Assembly (NCBI GenBank): GCA_964270895.1
Contig: OZ185436.1
Length of the DNA: 64,000 bases
Strand: one strand, 5' to 3'
From: Podarcis filfolensis
Lineage: Eukaryota
In this document: positions 37,775 to 49,796 of the stretch, piece after piece
Layout: each line of letters opens with the position of its first letter
How positions within the stretch are numbered: the first letter of the stretch is position 1
Notes under the pieces: model-generated
What the model was told of the DNA's origin: nothing
Database searches by the model: none
The model's input: only the letters and a program-made list of their open reading frames with translations
Made by a program: the position numbers and the translations under genes

Positions 37775-39886
37775 TTGTTTTCTATACTTTAGATAATCAG
37801 AGGATAAGCACCATCTCCACACAAGAGGAATGTATCAGCAGGCTTTAGGGAACCCCATAGTTGAATTTGAGTGGACTTAACCATCCAGGGATCCTTTATC
37901 TTTACCTATTAAACAAAGTCTCACCCTAACACAGCAGCTGGTGGCAGGTGGGGGGACGACGACAATCTTACATATATGAGAAACTTAGTCTAGACATTCT
38001 CACTAAGAGCAATAACATATTAGCAAAAATCACTGGTTCTTTTTCAGACAATCGTATGTCAAATAATGAAGCTCCTAATTAAATGGATACCACAGATCTA
38101 ATTTATTTCCCACACTCTCGAGAAATATGGTGGGATTTCGGCCCTTTCACTTTCCCCCATTACAATAAGCACAATGGGAAAGCCGACAGATGGTTTATCT
38201 ACGATACATAATTATACTTCTGTCCTTTTATTGATTCCAAGAAACCTTCTGCCAGCCTTTGACTAAGAATCTCAATTACAGGACTCATTAAAGGACCGGT
38301 CAAAATGTCACAAGCTGGGCAGGAAAGGACAGTAATGACTATATGCCCATCGCAAAACTGTCTTGTTGGTGACAGTGGCATTGACCCTTTCTGTCTAACC
38401 TCTTCTGTTTAATTCTGTCTATAAACACACAAAAAGGTTGAAAGCTCATTTAGGAGTGAGGGGGATGTTTGTCAACTAGAAATCTACATGCCATGGTTTT
38501 GTTCACAGTCAATCTAGACCGAAGGCTACCCCCCCAGCTCTGTCCTCATAAATGGTAATAGCAATATGACAGCCAAAGAATAGATCCATGTAGTCACTTT
38601 ATATTGGGGCTGTCTGCTCTTATTTGGAGCACAGATTGCACTACAATCTGAAGCATTCATCATAAGCACAGCTTGCAATTCAACGTTTCCCCCCTTTGTT
38701 CCCACAGTAGAAATTGAAGACAAGTAAACAGAAGGTAAGTGACTTTGCTGACAGTGGGCCACAATTTTACTGCGAGTAAAGCATCACTCAGCTTAGCAGG
38801 TGTTTGAGGTAAAAGACGTAGAGACTCGGGTTTGCTGTCCTCCAGTATAACTACTGTGTAGTGGCGAGAGAAGCAGACTGTGAGATGGAGGCTTGGGGCT
38901 TTGCCATTTTTACTTCTTCAAGTCATGAATTTCCAGTACTCTTCTGGGGTCTTTACAGAAGTACCCTTCTCTTAGGGATATGAGCTGCCTCTACTATGCC
39001 TGTCGCAAGAAAAGAGCAAATACACCATTGACTTCATTGGTGCCTGGGAAGTCTATTTGCTGTCACAACTATTTCCAGTGGTTAAGAATAATTCTCCCCA
39101 ATTTTGTGAAGATGGTTGTGGTGCCAACATGGAACAAAGAATGAGGTCCGGCATGTAGACTTAGATTCATGTGCTGTTGTAATAAAAAGATGGATAATTT
39201 ATGTATTTCTATTTTAATTAGAGCAATTAGTACTACATTTGCATCTATACATTTAAAGCAGCACATACAGATTCCCCCCCCCCAAAAAAAAATCTGTGCT
39301 CTAATTTACATTGTTTCAATTTTTGGAGGAAGTGGGAAATTAGGTGAACATTTGTCTAAAATTATTTATCGGTTAAATGATTGGGGGAAACAACAACTTC
39401 AGGCTATTTTTTAAACCTTCTTTGACTTGTTTTTATTTTTTCTTTATAAAAAATATTTATTTTTATCATGTATTGATTTTTAAATGATTTTATGTCTTCT
39501 CATGAGCTGCCCTGATAACTCTTTCTGAAAAGGGTGAAGCCTATAAACATGCTATAAATCAACAAAGAGCAGAGTGCTGTTAATCTTTCACTGCACGGAA
39601 TTTAATTGCAAAGCAGCAGTAACAATGTCCAAAGTTCTGATTACTTTCTCTGTTTCACCATTCCAAACACAGTTTCAGAAAAGACATTGGAAAGATAGGA
39701 CTTTGCTGAATGATGGATACATTTTAGTTTGAGACTGCCAAGGACTTCATGTAATGCCATGTCTAGATTCCAGAACAAGCTATACACTTCTGTCAAAAGG
39801 TTTTCTTTTTTCCCTTTTAAAGAAGTGCTTGAACAGACCCTGTCTTGAAGTCTTTTTCTACTCTAGTGATGCAAGCTTTTAGAGGA

Positions 39887-40055
39887 TTATTATTATTATT
39901 ATTTAAATTTGTATAACGCCTTTTATCCATAGTTCTCAGGGCAGTTCACAGCATAAAAATATAAGATAAAAACACAAAATACATAATAGAAAAACAATAG
40001 AAAACCCTTAATAACCCCTCCTCCTCACCACCAAACACATTTAAAAGGGTATAGG
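39887..40055 (-). mobile_element. L2 3' tail (antisense)
   Basis: (TTA)n followed by tttgtataacgccttttatccatagttctcagggcagttcacagc. Confidence 0.65.
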
Positions 40056-40530
40056 ATTGCTGTGCTTTTCCCTTCATGTGCCTGGGAATAAAGCTGGGGA
40101 TTACTCTCAAGCTTCTGCCCGGGTCCTTATTACTGCAGGGCAGCTGTCACCCCATCACCCTATCTACATTTCTCTTTGATAGATTATGCAATTGTCCTGG
40201 TTCTGGCTGTCGTTTCAGAAACTGGAAAGAGCAGCCACAGGAAATGCTTGATGGGGAAATTTATTTTATTTGCCCCTGAGGGAAAACAAAACACTGGCTC
40301 AATGCTCTTGTAACCATCCAAATTGTTCTTTTTTGTGGTTATCTTGGGTTCTCTCCTATGCCTCTGATATTTTCAGCCGAGCACTTAAAGTGAACATTGC
40401 TGAATCACAGGACTTGAGCTTCTCCTTTGTCCACTGAACTGATGCTGTGGGAATGAACTTTACAGTTATGAAAGGTTTTATCTGGGCAAATAACCCATCC
40501 CTCTTGCTTAAGACCCTCTTCTTGCACCAA

Positions 40531-40622
40531 CAGTGTAATCCTATAAATGTCTACTCAGATGTGGGCACCATTAAATCTAATGGGTCATATACCCCCAGGC
40601 AAGTTTGCATAAGATTGCAGCC
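40531..40622 (+). mobile_element. Hairpin MITE (PIF/Harbinger-like)
   Basis: cagtgtaatcctata...ataagattgcagcc; flanks caa/taa. Confidence 0.65.
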
Positions 40623-40829
40623 TAAAGGTCTGAGTAGATGGGTACCCAATATATTTTTCAATGTACACTTAAAAATAAGCGGGTATGTGACAAATAGATG
40701 CATAGTGTGTATCAGAGAACCACGCCAAGGAGTGCAAAATGGGGTCACATCTGATGCCCCAGAGCTCAAGAATGTAGATGGGCATCTAGGTGTATCTTGT
40801 CCCGAAGGACTGAGAAAAGATAAAGATAA

Positions 40830-40975
40830 NNNNNNNNNNNNNNNNNNNNNNNNNNNNNNNNNNNNNNNNNNNNNNNNNNNNNNNNNNNNNNNNNNNNNNN
40901 NNNNNNNNNNNNNNNNNNNNNNNNNNNNNNNNNNNNNNNNNNNNNNNNNNNNNNNNNNNNNNNNNNNNNNNNNNN
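40830..40975. other. Assembly gap (146 N)
   Basis: Run of N. Confidence 1.
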
Positions 40976-41231
40976 GACTCTTGCATCTGGTAACTCATTC
41001 CAGTCCACTAAATCATTCCACGAATACCCAGAAAGTGCTTCTATCCTTGCCTCTCCCTTAATGGATTGGGATGTGCCTATTTCTGCCTCACTTGCTCACA
41101 ACAGCAAATGGATTTATAATTGGCCGGGATGGGAAAATCAAAACCACTGGGATGTTATCGTTTCTCTTTGTACTGTGGCCTTTGGTTATGGACTCCACAG
41201 CTTCTTTACATTTCCAACCTGTCCTGGAACA

Positions 41232-41387
41232 GACTGGTCACCACATTCAGTGGATATATTTAAGCAGAGATTGGATACATGTCTCCTAGGGTTGCATCAG
41301 TTGCAAGGCGCCTACACAAAACAAGGAGTTGGGCTGCATGGCTGCCAAGTTTCCTTCTGAACCATAAAATTCTATGTTTCTATGTTA
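41232..41387 (+). mobile_element. Degraded CR1 3' end
   Basis: tttaagcagagattggatacatgtct...aaattctatgtttctatg. Confidence 0.7.
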
Positions 41388-42006
41388 GTTTAGGGACTGT
41401 AGTTAAAGGTTTCAAGTGGCCTCTTTACAGCTCTGAGTTAATTTTAAATCTAACAGCTTTCTTGTAAAGAATGGCTGAATTCCCATAATTGCCACTAATT
41501 AGAAGAGAGAACTTGACTAATCTCAACATCCTGGATTTCCCCTTTGGATATATAACCATGAATAACCCGTGTGCACTACAGCTGAAATGCACAAGGGGAA
41601 CAAAATTTCATGATACAGAGATATAGATAAAATAATAATAATTTATAACATTTATATAGTCTTTGTTTGGAGGGAAGATATTCAGGCTATTTCCCCCAAA
41701 GTTTATTTGGCTTCATGTGTCCATGTGTGCATGGTGACTACTCAAAAATGTGCACTGTGTTATTTGACACATTTCAGTTAAAAAACTAAACCACCACCAG
41801 AATGATCCTATGTTTTCTTGTGCAGTTTGGTCTTCAGTGTCAAATCTCATTCCAAAAAAGATGCCCTAAATGGGACCGGGCCTGTAAATTGTGGCTCTAT
41901 ATAGGACAGGAATTGATTTTTTGGGGGGGTGGGCGGCTTCTCCAGATATTTTGTTTTTTAGTGGCAATAAGGCTCCAATTCAGGGGGTGAATGAAAGGGT
42001 GTGAGA

Positions 42007-42011
<5 letters not shown>

Positions 42012-42037
<26 letters not shown>
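42012..42037. repeat. (CA)n microsatellite
   Basis: Perfect run. Confidence 0.95.
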
Positions 42038-42171
42038 GCAGTCAGATGCATTTGTAGTTGTAGTTGTGTGTTCCTTTTCACTGCTCTCCTGAAGATCACG
42101 TTTCCATTGTACATCACACATTTGTGGTAAACAGGAACCGGCAAGCAGTTAAATCCACAATCAGGAGAACC

Positions 42172-42427
42172 TAGGCTTGCCAAACGTCGAGAAAATTCCT
42201 GACACACCTGGTTTTCAGGTGTAAAAATGGCATTAGGGGAATTTTGCTGAATTGGCAAAATGTCAGGGAAGACCCAGATGTGTGGCAACATGATGGAAAA
42301 AGCAGTGGAAACAGCTCTAAAAGCTTTAAATCACTCTCTTGGGGGGGTGGGGGTTCCTAAAAAAAGCTCTTTAGGTCTTCCTTTGCGGGTGTCAGGAATT
42401 TTCCTTTTTTTAAATACGGCAACCCTA
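42172..42427 (+). mobile_element. hAT MITE, TIR TAGGCTTGCCA type
   Basis: taggcttgcca...cggcaacccta; 8-bp TSD ggagaacc/gggtaacc (6/8); aligns to 9630-9820 with an extra internal segment. Confidence 0.85.
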
Positions 42428-42681
42428 GGGTAACCAGGTATATTTTTCTGACAGTCTTTGGGAAATAAGAGAGTTATTGCTAAACTAGCCCCCAAACAAT
42501 ACATACAAGAGCTATTAAGGCAGGGGAAATAGACATCAAATGAAGTGTTCAGAGGGATATGCCTTCTACCCAATCAATCAGAAAATAAATTGGTATGGGG
42601 CAGACAGTGCAAAACAAATGAGGAGTTAGCACTGCTCTGTAGTAACTCTTTCTAGGCAGAGAAGCAGTCAGTTACTCTCAC

Positions 42682-42760
42682 CACAGAATCACAGAATTGT
42701 AGAGTTGGGATGAATCCCAAATGCCATCTAGTCCAATTCCTGTGATGCAAAAATCACAGG
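42682..42760 (-). mobile_element. Short CR1 3' tail (antisense)
   Basis: cacagaatcacagaattgtagagttgg. Confidence 0.7.
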
Positions 42761-43812
42761 AAAGCAAGATGGGATGAGTTTATGAAAGAATCTTTTTGCA
42801 AATATGTGGACCACTGTGCTCCCCATCTGCCTGGTGGCGATGGAGTGATTTTGCCTCCATGTTTATATTAGGCAAAATTGGCTAGAAATAGTTATTTTTT
42901 AAAGGAGAAATCATAAATTTATATAAGTCCTTGTTTAAAAGGAAATCGGACACTGACATGGAAATATGGCAAACTGTTAAGTCTGGAAAAGTGTGGGATG
43001 GAGTTCATCACCTGCAAAACTGCAGCCTGGCTGGTGAGTCAGGAGTGAGGCTGCTGGCCAGCTATATAGCGGAAGCAAAGGATCCAAGTCTGGTGTTCTT
43101 AATGTTGAATGTTAGCATGGATATATGAGGTTGGTGTTATTATTAAGACAGTGTAGTGTTATGAGATATCAGTTCCTTGTTTTATTCACTTTGTACCTTG
43201 CAGATTTAGTTTTTATGAGTTTTACGTATGTCTTTTATTGCCTGGAATTGTTCCCATATCGATCCTGTATTTATTGATATTTACAGTTACCCTTAAGCAA
43301 GACATTGTGTCTGAAACATACTGAGCACTCCATGTGAACTCTAAAATTGTCCTTCAGCCAGCAATTTGGGAACGAGGTTAACCTCTCTCTTCTTATTTTC
43401 TTTCCTGGACTTTTCTGCCACCACCTCCCGACAGTATTTTCTGTGATATCAGAGCACACAGATATTCCTTTCTACCCATTGCAGATCACATGAAACGCAC
43501 CCACATTACATCAAAAGCCATAATTCTAGTAGAGCTCAATACAGACATGAAAGAAATCTCAGCCCTTCTGGGCCCACATTCATTATTGTCCAATGGAGAA
43601 AAGAAAATCAAAATGCTTGTCTGAAGCGTTGCCTTTTTTTCATATTGGATCTGCTGATGCTGATGTACGGCTACAAAACACCATTACTCTGTAGTAAGCC
43701 CCACTAAGTTCTCCCATAAAGAGATGGGAATGTTACCTCGCTTTGGGGAGGAGGAGTGACAGCACGCCATACTGCTGAGTACCACCAGATAGAAAGCATA
43801 TTGATCATTTCA

Positions 43813-43991
43813 AGGGAAGTTGTGCCGCTCAGTAGCTACAAGCATTTGCCTTGCATAGGTCACAGGTGCACAGGTATTTCCAAGTAGAGAAATACTCCTA
43901 TCTGAAATCATGGAGAGCTACTGCCAATCAGTTTAGACAATGTTAAAGCTAAGTGGGTCCAATGGTCTTACTCAGTATAAGGCAGCTTCCT
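43813..43991 (+). mobile_element. tRNA-derived SINE (Squam3-like), degraded
   Basis: Degenerate tRNA head gctcagtagctacaagcatttgccttgcat, body ggagagctactgccaatcag, tail tcagtataaggcagcttcct. Confidence 0.7.
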
Positions 43992-44019
43992 AAAATCATT
44001 TACAATGTATATACTACCT

Positions 44020-44200
44020 TAAGAACTTAAGAAGAGCCTGCTGGATCAGGCGAGTGGCCCACCTAGTTCAGCATTCGGTTGTCACAGTCGCCAACCAGAT
44101 GCCTGTGGGATTCAAGCAGGATTCAAGCATAAGAGCACCCTCTCCTCCTGTGGTCTCCAGCGACTGACACTCAGACACAATACGGCCTCCACCTTGAGAT
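44020..44200 (-). mobile_element. CR1-superfamily 3' tail (antisense)
   Basis: aagaacttaagaagagcctgctggatcagg...ctagttcagcatt is the reverse complement of the 630-917 terminus. Confidence 0.75.
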
Positions 44201-44273
44201 GGATCGTTGTCAGAAAGGAAGGTGTCATACTTTATTTAAACAAATGGGCCAGGTCTAACTCATATTGACTACA

Positions 44274-44276
<3 letters not shown>

Positions 44277-44314
<38 letters not shown>
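44277..44314. repeat. (TC)n microsatellite
   Basis: Perfect run. Confidence 0.95.
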
Positions 44315-44316
<2 letters not shown>

Positions 44317-44744
44317 AGTGATGGGAGCAAAAGGCAAATATTAATTATGAAAGATGGTGTCAATGCTCCCTGCAGACCCTCCTGTTCCTCCCCCAAATTA
44401 GATCCAATGAGAAATTGCACAGAAGTGCCTGGAACCATTTATCTAATGAGAATAAATTATTGTAAAAACAACAGTACAAACAATAAATAAACAGCTTCCG
44501 AGGTCATTGCGCATCAATTTCCATTAAAACAGATCAGATACAATGCCCTTTGTTTCCTGTCTGATTCTTATTAAATTACTTTAGCGTGGCAGAGAAATGA
44601 GGGCTTTTCATTCCCTTAAATGTAGCTGATTACCTTGAATGTAAACCCCGACTAGATTTATTTGAATGAGGAATAAGAAAGAGGTTGGACTTCTCTTCCA
44701 GGCATTCTAGGTTGTTAAGAAGTGGAAGAATGATGGGGGAACCT

Positions 44745-44858
44745 GCAGCCCTCCCCCAATGTTGATGGACTACAACTCCTATCATCCTTGACCATTGTCC
44801 ATACTTCCTGGGAGTTAGAGTCCAGCAACATCTAGCAGCCTACAAGTTTCTCATCCCT
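44745..44858. mobile_element. Degraded hAT hairpin MITE (gactacaactcc family)
   Basis: ggactacaactcctatcatccttgacc...gggagttagagtccagcaacatct. Confidence 0.6.
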
Positions 44859-44925
44859 GAAGCAAAGGATGCTAATTTCATTAAAATGCAGAAGACTCCA
44901 GCCCTAATCCAGCAATCCACTAAAT

Positions 44926-45456
44926 CAGGAGTGGGGGACCTTTTTAAGTCTGAAGGGTTCATTCCTTCAAAGGCATTTTTCTGGGGGTGCATGCCAGTGG
45001 AGGTGTGGCCAGAAGTAAAAGTGGGTGGGGCCATGGAGATGAGGTTTACCATTGCCCAGTAAGCTGCACTCCAGTCAGAGTACACACCCACACCCATAGG
45101 AGCCTACTCCTAGGGGCTGAGGTCCCTTTGCCTCCCCCATAACATATTTGAGGGGGACAACCCCACCCCCATTTGAGTGGTGTGCATGTGCCACATTTTG
45201 AGCTGACTTATGCGGGGCGGGACTTACGTGGGAGCAATATTTTATTCGAGTTGGCACCCTTGTCCTCACCCTTCCCCATTTAAAAAGCAAGGAATTTGCT
45301 TTTCAGAGAGACCAAAGCACACAGGGAAAATATAGAGGAAGGTTGGTAAGGTGTGTGGCCTAGGAAGGGGGCGTTGCCTGGGAAGAGTCCCAAGGGCTGA
45401 ATGGAGAGGCCTAGAGCATCACATTTGACTCCTGGGCCTGAGGTTCTTCACTTCTG
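44926..45456. mobile_element. Charlie-like hAT non-autonomous element, ~530 bp
   Basis: TIR caggagtgggggacct / aggttcttcacttctg; TSD degraded (cactaaat / ctctgaaat). Confidence 0.65.
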
Positions 45457-45644
45457 CTCTGAAATAAAAAGGTTTCTGTTGCCAAGCATGTGCAAAAAGC
45501 TCCCTCAGATGTTTATTTTTCACGAAGACTCCACAACTACTCACTTTCTAATTTCCATGCTTCTGTTAAATCCAGTATTGCTGACAGGCCAACAAGTGGT
45601 AGCTTGAGGGTTATCTTGAACATTTATTTGGTGTTTTTTTTTTA

Positions 45645-45866
45645 CAATATTTATACCCTGTGTCCTCTAGTGAGTTTGCAGCATTGAAAATGGTTCTCCC
45701 TCACCCCCATGGCTCATATTTTAGGCTGACAAAAACCCTACATGTTTGGTTAGGCTGAGGTACAGCAGCTGTTCCAAAGTCACCCAGTGAGGCTTGTGGC
45801 TGAAAGGAAATTTGAACCTGGATCTCCCCAGTCCTTGTCCAACACTCTAACTGCTGCAACACCCCC
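45645..45866 (-). mobile_element. MIR-like tRNA SINE (antisense)
   Basis: Reverse complement gives gcagttagagtgttggac...gatccaggttcaaat...cactgggtgactttgg (A/B boxes plus CORE). Confidence 0.7.
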
Positions 45867-46891
45867 CTGCTGCTTAATCAAATACCAAGCAATTGAGGCT
45901 TTTGCCTGCTGCTCCCTCAGTCCATTTATCTGCTTCCTTCAGCACCAAGCAGGACTCCGAGTGTACCAGATTGCAGGCCAGTCAAGTGATGGGCTGCATC
46001 ATGGATGGTGGGGGGAAATCACCACGTGAAGCCAGAATTGCATAACCTACTAAGTCAGCAGCAAATTCAGAAGTAGACCTCTCTTCGTCCTGTATTATAA
46101 AGAACATCAAGCAAAGGCGTAAGTGAGAAAGAGTGTGGGATTATAGCATAAGGATGTAAATATGAAAAATACCCTGGAGAATACAATCGTATGCTTCCAA
46201 ATCTGTTGCAGAATTTATAAATGACACTGTGATAATTTATTATGGCATTTATTATGATGTACTGATTGTCTTGTTAAACTGATGTTAATAAGAGTTGTTA
46301 TTATTTTTTATTAAAATAGCACCTTACATATTCAGTATATCTGTTTTTATATATCTGCCACCATCATTTATCATCATTTACCTTTATAGCATTCACTGTA
46401 TTTGACACTGTACTTGCACAATGAACATGCTATTATATGGATTCTAATAACAGGGTGCATTTATTTGCTAAGTTTATACTGGCGGTGCAGATATTCAGAC
46501 TTCTGCCCCATGATAAAAACTTTAAAGGGAAGTCAGTGAGCATTTTGGTAAATAATTGCTTGATAATTTCTGTTACTATAAAAGAAGAGACCCTTGTACT
46601 CTTCAGGAAGCAAATAGGTTGCTTATTATCATTTCTTGTAAGATCTGATTATCTAATTCAAATTTGTGTTGCTCTCTTATCCTAAATTAAGCTTTTGGCC
46701 AGTGATGTACAGTTATGTCTATAACGTTTGACCATGCTTATTTTATACAATCAAATGAATTTTTTATTTGAGTCAACTCCTTTTTATTTGTTGGCGGGTT
46801 TATGAGCATTACTGTTTTTTCCTTCCTTCTGGGCCTGTCAAACTGACAAAAGCTACATAATTACATTCCTTCTTTACAAACAAGATTTGAA

Positions 46892-47160
46892 CAGGGCCGG
46901 ATTTAGGTTTGATGAGGCCCTAAGCAACTGAAGGTAATGGGACCCTTTATATAGCAGGTGGGGCCCATTACTTACATCATAGGAGACTACACAATACAAA
47001 ACACTGTTGCTGTGTGTAGGTTTCATTTTATTTGTTTTTTTTTAATCTTATATTTTGGAAACGTACATCCAGCTTTTTTTCCTTTAAATTTTTTGGGGGC
47101 CCCCAAGAGAATGGGGGCCTAAGCTAAAGCTTGTTTAGCTTATATGTAAAATTGGCACTG
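46892..47160. mobile_element. hAT MITE, 269 bp
   Basis: TIR cagggccggattta / taaaattggcactg; perfect 8-bp TSD GATTTGAA (46884-46891, 47161-47168). Confidence 0.9.
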
Positions 47161-47331
47161 GATTTGAACCTTATTTCAAACAAACAAACAAACAAACAAA
47201 CAACCCTGCCCCCCCGCACAAAAAAATACATTTTTGGACGCAGCCTTGAAAATGAGGCTGCTGTTTCTACATGAAATACAATCAGTTATACACAAAACTT
47301 TAACAAAGAATGTCTAATCCTTTATTGCTAA

Positions 47332-47689
47332 AGGTAAAGGTACCTCTGACCATTAGGCCCAGTCGCAGACGACTCTGGGGCTGCGGCGCTCATCTCGCTC
47401 TATAGGCCAAGGGAGCCGGTGTTTGTCCGCAGACAGCTTCCGGGTCATGTGGCCAGCATGACTAAGCCGCTTCTGGCGAACGAGAGCAGCGCATGGAAAC
47501 ACTGTTTACCTTCCCGCTGGAGCGGTACCTATTTATCTACTTGCACTTGACGTGCTTTTGAACTGCTAGGTGGGCAGGAGCTGGGACCGAACAACGGGAG
47601 CTGACCCTGTTGCGGGGATTCGAACCGCCGACCTTCTGATCGGCAAGTCCTAGGCTCTGTGGTTTAGACCACAGTGCCACCCGCGTCCC
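47332..47689 (-). mobile_element. Full-length Sauria SINE (younger subfamily)
   Basis: Antisense to 22657-23007, CpG-rich; flanked by TATTGCTAA at 47323 and 47691. Confidence 0.95.
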
Positions 47690-47699
47690 ATATTGCTAA

Positions 47700-48079
47700 A
47701 GGTAGGTAAAGGTAAAGGACTCCTGGACAGTTGTCCAGTCAAATTCAACTATGGGGTGTGGCGCCCATCTCTCTTCAGGCTGAGTGAGCTGGTGTTTGTC
47801 TGCAGTCAGTTATGTTTCTGGGTCATGTGGCCAGCATGACTAAACTGCTACTGGCGCACGGAGGACTGTGACGGAAGCCAGAGCGCATGGAAACGCTGTT
47901 TACCTTCCCACCACAGCGGTAACTATCTACTCACACTGGTATGCTTTGGAACTGCTAGGTTGGCAGGAGCTGGGACAAACAACAGGAGCTCACCCCATCG
48001 CATGATCTTGAACTGCCAACCTTACGATCAGCAAGCCCAAGAGGCTTGATGGTTTAGACCACAGCACCATCTGTGTTCC
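47700..48079 (-). mobile_element. Full-length Sauria SINE (older, different subfamily)
   Basis: More diverged, with an extra block cacggaggactgtgacggaagcc; flanked by TATTGCTAA at 47691 and 48082. Confidence 0.92.
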
Positions 48080-48114
48080 TCTATTGCTAACACCTAGAAC
48101 ATTCATATATTCAG

Positions 48115-48330
48115 TGTCAGGGACTGACTGGATGCCAAGGAATGGTGGGAGGCACCAGCTGGGGAACCTCCAGGGGAAGGAGGCTCAGAGCCAGGGAATT
48201 TGTGGTGGGACAAGAATGAGTGGTCAGAGGAAGAAGAAGGAGCCGACTGGGAGAAGGAGGTCTGGAAGCAGAAGAGGTAACAAGGCTTAGTGAGTAGGGA
48301 GAGGCTGTGTCACAGCACAGTTCAGAGTCA
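48115..48330 (+). mobile_element. 5' part of a Gypsy-type LTR (truncated)
   Basis: Begins TGTCAGGGACTG; purine-rich U3-like segment reading KEWWEAPAGEPPGEGGSEPGNLWWD, which I recall from lacertid LTRs; no 3' end or TSD found. Confidence 0.55.
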
Positions 48331-49354
48331 GAACAGCACCCACAAATAAGAGGGTGGTATCAGTAGACTTAGGGGTGTTCTGAGGTTTGTAGAAATAAAT
48401 AAAAAAAACTACTTTAGGTGAAAAACTCTAAAGGAAAGAGGCCTCCTGCAAACCTCCCAGCCTCTACAAGAACTCAGTGGAATGGAACGTAGAGAGAATG
48501 TTTATTCAGGTATTTGTCTGATTATGCAAACACTCAAAGTTTGGATGACGCAGGAATGTGCATGCAAGCCAAACACCCTTGTAATGTCATGTTACCCCTC
48601 AGTACCCAACCTTTTGTGAAAATGAGAGGTAAAGTTATTCCTTCATTTAGTATAATAAGCATATCAGGTGGCATCCCATTTCGAAATATTCATTGCAATC
48701 TGTCTCATAAATATGCATGTGTCATCAAACAAATTGTGCCTCCTCCCAAAGCAGACACTTAAGCTAATGAGAAGACAGCTAACCATTAGTATTATGGATT
48801 ATTATTATTTTTAAAAGCCGCATCAGATTTATTTTAAAAGTCTCCTTGAAAATAGATCACCAGTAGGATGCCTCCTCGTGATGTTTTTCTTCAAGGATAA
48901 CAGCAACTCTTAGAAAAGTTTTGCGGAATGAAAATAACAACCCAGCAACCCCTATTATAAAGACATAGGCAATACACATTTGAGTAAGATTTTATGGATT
49001 TTACTTTGCAGTTGAGAAAATAACTCCAGTGCCTAATCACTAGACATGCAGGGACTTGTAGATATCTCTCACAGGCAGCCTAATGAAATGGAGAAGATGC
49101 TAAGGTGTGGAGGTGATAACATGTGATGTCACCTTTTCATACAGTGAACAACTAATTGCATAACTGCAACAACCAACAGACTTTGGTACAATGTATGTTG
49201 ACTTGCTCAGCAGGACTGCGTTCAAAATTCTATAGTAAATTAATATGCTCAGAAGCTGCCATAGCACAATTAAAAATGATGTGTTGGATCCAGAGATCCC
49301 ATAAGTGAAACTCTGCTTGGGCAAAGAACACTCAGAGTTATGTATGGGTTAATC

Positions 49355-49535
49355 TGTCAATTTCAGGTTCTGCCAGTTTTTATTTTTCCAATCAGTTCTC
49401 CACAATTCTGCAGTCATTTGCATTTTTTTTTAAGTCCTTATAATTCTTCAGCATTTTGGTGTGAATTTCTCCCAATAAACATACTATTCTATGCACTATA
49501 TACACATTTTTGCAAGCAATTTTGCCATATATATG
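49355..49535 (-). mobile_element. Inverted fragment of TAGGGATG-ended element
   Basis: tttttccaatcagttctccacaattctgcag and tatacacatttttgcaagcaattttgcc are the reverse complement of 960-1170 and 5053 blocks. Confidence 0.6.
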
Positions 49536-49790
49536 AACCAACCTGGACCCTGAGATCATCATGTGAGGTCCTTCTTCTTGCGCCTCCTCCACAAGAGGTC
49601 CAGAGGGTGTCAAAATGAGAACAGGTCTTTTCTGTGGTGGCTCCCTGCTTGCAGAATGCTCTACCTACAGAGGCTTCCCTGGTGCTTTTACTACCTATTT
49701 TAAAATGTCTTTAAATGTTGTAATCCCCCTTGAATTCCAACTTGGGAGAAAGGCAGGATAGAAATACATTAAATAAGTTAAAATACATAA
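49536..49790 (+). mobile_element. L2 3' end, degraded
   Basis: RSFSVVAPCLQNALP-like coding remnant followed by tail cttgaattccaacttgggagaaaggcaggatagaaat. Confidence 0.7.
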
Positions 49791-49796
49791 ATAGAT

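Noticed and set aside
40447-41061. 204-aa ORF, the longest in the track
   Set aside because: It runs through a 146-N gap and a hairpin MITE; an artefact.
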